DNA of 64,000 bases, taken from Takakia lepidozioides (taxonomy: Eukaryota; Plantae; Bryophyta). Under the pieces are notes generated by a model that made no database searches, was not told the origin of the DNA, and was given only the letters and a program-made list of their open reading frames with translations. Positions 60,712 to 64,000 of this stretch are shown one piece after another. The stretch lies in assembly GCA_030704615.1 (NCBI GenBank), contig CM060732.1, positions 73,284,001 through 73,348,000 on the forward strand, read 5' to 3'. Position 1 is the stretch's first letter. Each line of letters begins with the position of its first letter. Made by a program: the position numbers and the translations under genes.

Positions 60712-63044
60712 AAGAAGACTTGCAACTTGATGAGGATGAAGAAGCTCTGGATGATGATGTTCAAGTTGATTAGACACGAAATCAAAGCTACATAACAATT
60801 CTCGCACCAAACTGTACCCATTCATTCGATTGATTGTACATGTACATGCATATTGTAGCTTATTTTTATGATTGATCAAATATGGCTGTGGCTGGTAGTC
60901 TTTCAAGAAAGAAGGCAGAGGCATTGAATATGTTGGAGCAACACATACAGATGTGGTATCAAGAGAATTATCAAAATGAATGTCACAATCTACAAGAAGG
61001 TCCACAACAACAAGCTAAACCATAAAGAAAAACAAACACCCTACCCCAGTACCATATGAATAAATAAATAAATAAAAGAAAAAACTAAGAACCCCCAAAG
61101 GCCCTAAACGTAGAAAGCCCTGCCGTCGCTGCCTGCGATCCCCACGCGTCGCACGCTGCGACGCGTTTTTAGCATATATACGGCCGGGAGTCGCAAACAG
61201 TGACGGCACGCCGTCGCAAGATGCGTCATGTTTTTTTTTTGAAAGAATTGGGCAGCCCTTGTTTGCGACGCCCGGCCGTCGCCAATGCATTTTGTCATTC
61301 ATGCCACAATGCAACGGCCTGGCGTCGCCAACAAGGGCTGCGATGAAAGAAAGGGCAAGAAAGGGCAAGAAAGGGCAAGAAAGGGCTATTTTTTTTTGCG
61401 CTGGCGACCGCCGGCCGGCGCCTGAAAGGGCTGCCTTTTGCCCTTCGTTGGTGGGCGACGTGTGGGCGTCGCACGGAAGGGCTGCCTCCTGCCCTTCATC
61501 CGCCCATGCGACGGTCGGGCGTCGCCGCATGGCCCCGGCGCCAAGTGGCGACCCGCGGTGTCTGTTTGCGACGACCGGACATCGCAAAAAGGCGTCGCGG
61601 GGTTGGTGTCGCACGCTCGGCGCCGTGCGGGGCGTGGGGGTGCGGCTGGCGTCGCAAACCCTCCCCCCATTTGTTGTAGTGTTGGTTACTCTGTTTGGGG
61701 ATCAGACCTCTCAGATAAAATGAAGAATTAGATTAATAACTAAGTAACCAATCCACAGGCATATGCAGGCCGACAGAGTAAGTTCTGTGGTAGTAGCTTG
61801 AGTTTTTCAGCTACTGAAGTAGAGTTCATTGTGTCAAGTTAAATAAGCACAGTGTGAAAACAGCTAGAATAAAACTAGTTATTTGTATTTAACACTTGGA
61901 TTTAGGTCAAGTGTTAAATCAGGTGTCAAGTTTAGTTTGACACCTGGTCCGTCTTATCTTCACGAGAGCGGCAGTCGCGCGGCTCATCTTTCTCGAGTTG
62001 AGCCTGCGCGACCGAGCTCCTGCATGTGTTTAGATTTGAGTGTGCTTATGTAGGGGTACAGGTTGTTGTGGGGTGGAGTCCCCATAGCTTGGGGTGCCCC
62101 TGGCTCGACTACTATTTTCTAAGAGTGATGGTTTGGTTTTCATGTTTTGTGTAAACAGTGTGTTCGTTGGTTTTCTATCACTCGAGAAAGATGCTCTCTT
62201 ACCTGTGAGTGCAAGGTAGGAGTTGAGGGTTAGCACTTGCAAGATTACCTGCGTATAAGTAGTGATTAGTTTGAGAAGCATATCATTGAATGTGACCACA
62301 AGATTCAGCGTGCCCTGAAACGCCTGGAGGATGACGATGCCAGAGCCGCCATTGTTATTGCAGTCGCTGAAGCTACCAAGTCACTAGAGGCTTTGGGGTA
62401 CACAAGGAGATACTTAAAAATGCAGCAGCAAATGCTAGTTGGCACCTATGCATGATCCTTGAAGCTGGATGATCGTTTCACCAGTAAGCTTATAGAGGAG
62501 CTCTTCTGGTCTTGTGTGTCATGTCTGAAGGCTTCATCGCATACCACTGATCCTCTTTCAAAGGAACAACCGCTTGACTGTCCAGGCTTTGCAGAATCAG
62601 AAGCTTGAAGTCACAACGAACGATGATGATGATGTGGAACAGTGGGTGGAAGCTTGTCTTCCAAATTTTTGGCAGCAGATGACACTGCAGCGCGGAAAAG
62701 AATGCCTTGCTCGGAAGAAGGCTCTGATCCAACTAGTTGTGTGTATCTGTGACTTGGCAGAGGACTGGGCATAAATGACATTTGGTGGGTCTCAAAAGTG
62801 GGTCCACATCTGAACGTTGTCACTTGGGGCTGCAAGTTATCGTGATTCAGGGGTGACTCTAACTGAATCACCATTGACAAGGACAGTAGTGGCAAGTGCT
62901 GTTTAGGGAAGACACCACTGTGGACGACTTGATTCATGTGATAGAAGGCTAAATACAGCAGTGGTGGGACTAGCCAACAACCGACAAGGCAATCCAGCAT
63001 GCAGTACCTGGACAGTTTCTTTTTTTTTTCAAAATGGATTGCAG

Positions 63045-63610
63045 GGATATCAGCAGATGAGAAGGCAAGACTGCTACACTGTGTTGTTGTAGGTGGTGGT
63101 CCTACAGGGGTGGAACTCAGTGGTGAGCTCAGTGACTCATCAGGAGAGACGTCTACGGCTAGTTCGGCCATGTGAAAGATTTTATCCATGTCACACTTAT
63201 TGAGGCAAAGGAGATTTTTTTTCATCTTTCGATGTTCGACTCCGGGAGTACGCGACCAGGCACCTGATCAAGGGTTTGGAGGGATAAGCTGGAGGGTCTT
63301 AAATGCATAACTGTTTTCAGACTGGGGTAAAGCTGATGCAAGATGTAGTCAAGGATGTTCTGCCAGACAAATTAGTGCTTACGGATGGGACGGAGGGACC
63401 ATACGGGCTGCTGGTTTGATCAATGGGTGTTGGATTTTCTTCCTTTGTCCACTCCTTACCTGTGAAGAAGTGCCCTGGTGGAAGCTTGGCAGTTGATCCA
63501 GTTACTAATGGAAGCCCTACCGCAAACAAAGAGTGTTGCTGAGAGACAAGGAAAGTACCTGGGCAAATCTTTGAACAAGCTGGCACAAGCAGGTGGTGGT
63601 CAGGCTGGGG
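63045..63610 (+). pseudogene. NDA: Internal fragment of an alternative (type II) NAD(P)H dehydrogenase, NDA-type
   Basis: [55 protein letters not shown] and VAERQGKYL, with frameshifts and stops. Confidence 0.88.
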
Positions 63611-64000
63611 TCCTTTTGTAGATATTCTGTGGGCCTTTAATGAGCAAGTGATCCAACCATACTCTAAGCTCAGGCGTTGAGCAGCCTTACAGGTGAATCT
63701 ATAGGGTCCCGTGGGAACAATTTCTGCAGCTACACATGGTGTGTTAGTGGCCTAAGAACAGCTTAGAAATGCTTCAGTGCAAGCCCTGGAAATTGTGGGC
63801 GTCAATGCCCGTTGCAGGAAAACATGAGAGATGCGAATTAGACCAAGTTGATGGAACTTCAAGCTGGTCTTGGCTTTGGATTCCATGCAAAGACGGCCAC
63901 GTCACAGCAGGCCGCCTGTCCATAAGCCATGAAGGTGCTGCGTAGTGCATCTGCTCTTGAAATCGCCCCAATTCCTGGTTTGTAGTCTCTAGGTCTCGAG

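Larger units (their letters stand above)
49819..61681 (+). mobile_element. Decayed CACTA (En/Spm) transposon with a spliced TnpD-type transposase pseudogene. Right end present, left end not found. Hosts two nested elements.
   Basis: Transposase_21-type motifs IPRL, DSQAW, LGFSSDGVN, STWPV..YNIPP, YLRPLVDELKELW and WTMHDYP. Also MYIEKNV, KSHDYH, FFDIQVHLVVHL, GPVHSRWMYFLERYM and DDCGF..VN. An acidic tail ends at ~60772, TGCGACG/CGTCGCA subterminal repeats span 61.1-61.66 kb, and the terminus ..TTGTAGTG is at 61681. Confidence 0.9.

Noticed and set aside
59768-61731. GC-rich Arg/Ala/Pro-rich ORFs up to 199 aa
   Set aside because: They arise from CACTA subterminal repeats with few stop codons and are not credible proteins.
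62611-63225. 204-aa minus-strand ORF
   Set aside because: Largely the antisense shadow of the NDA fragment and adjacent sequence, with no recognisable motif.

Overview
Eukaryotic nuclear DNA from a non-seed land plant, probably a bryophyte. This is inferred from the class II RSL bHLH, the Tcn1/Tf1-like chromovirus and the repeat types; the species cannot be determined. There are three apparently functional spliced host genes: a UDP-galactose transporter (GONST5/UDP-GalT1 family, minus strand, running off the left edge through a LINE-filled intron), a 10-exon mitochondrial dicarboxylate/tricarboxylate carrier, and a class II RSL bHLH factor. The rest is a dense set of mobile DNA, most of it with boundaries resolvable to the base. 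It includes self-nested tail-less LINEs, a solo LTR, and a complete 3995-bp piggyBac (TTAA sites, perfect 15-bp TIRs, intact DDD transposase, extra upstream ORF) with a related 518-bp MITE. It also includes nested head-to-tail non-autonomous Helitrons, a mosaic of captured host exons, and a decayed CACTA element. That CACTA contains both a non-autonomous CACTA and a full chromoviral Ty3/gypsy element with a self-priming PBS and an intact extra ORF behind its own TATA box. The top candidates for new biology are the plant piggyBac system and the chromovirus ORF3/self-priming architecture. All family assignments come from motif recognition by eye; no database search was run.
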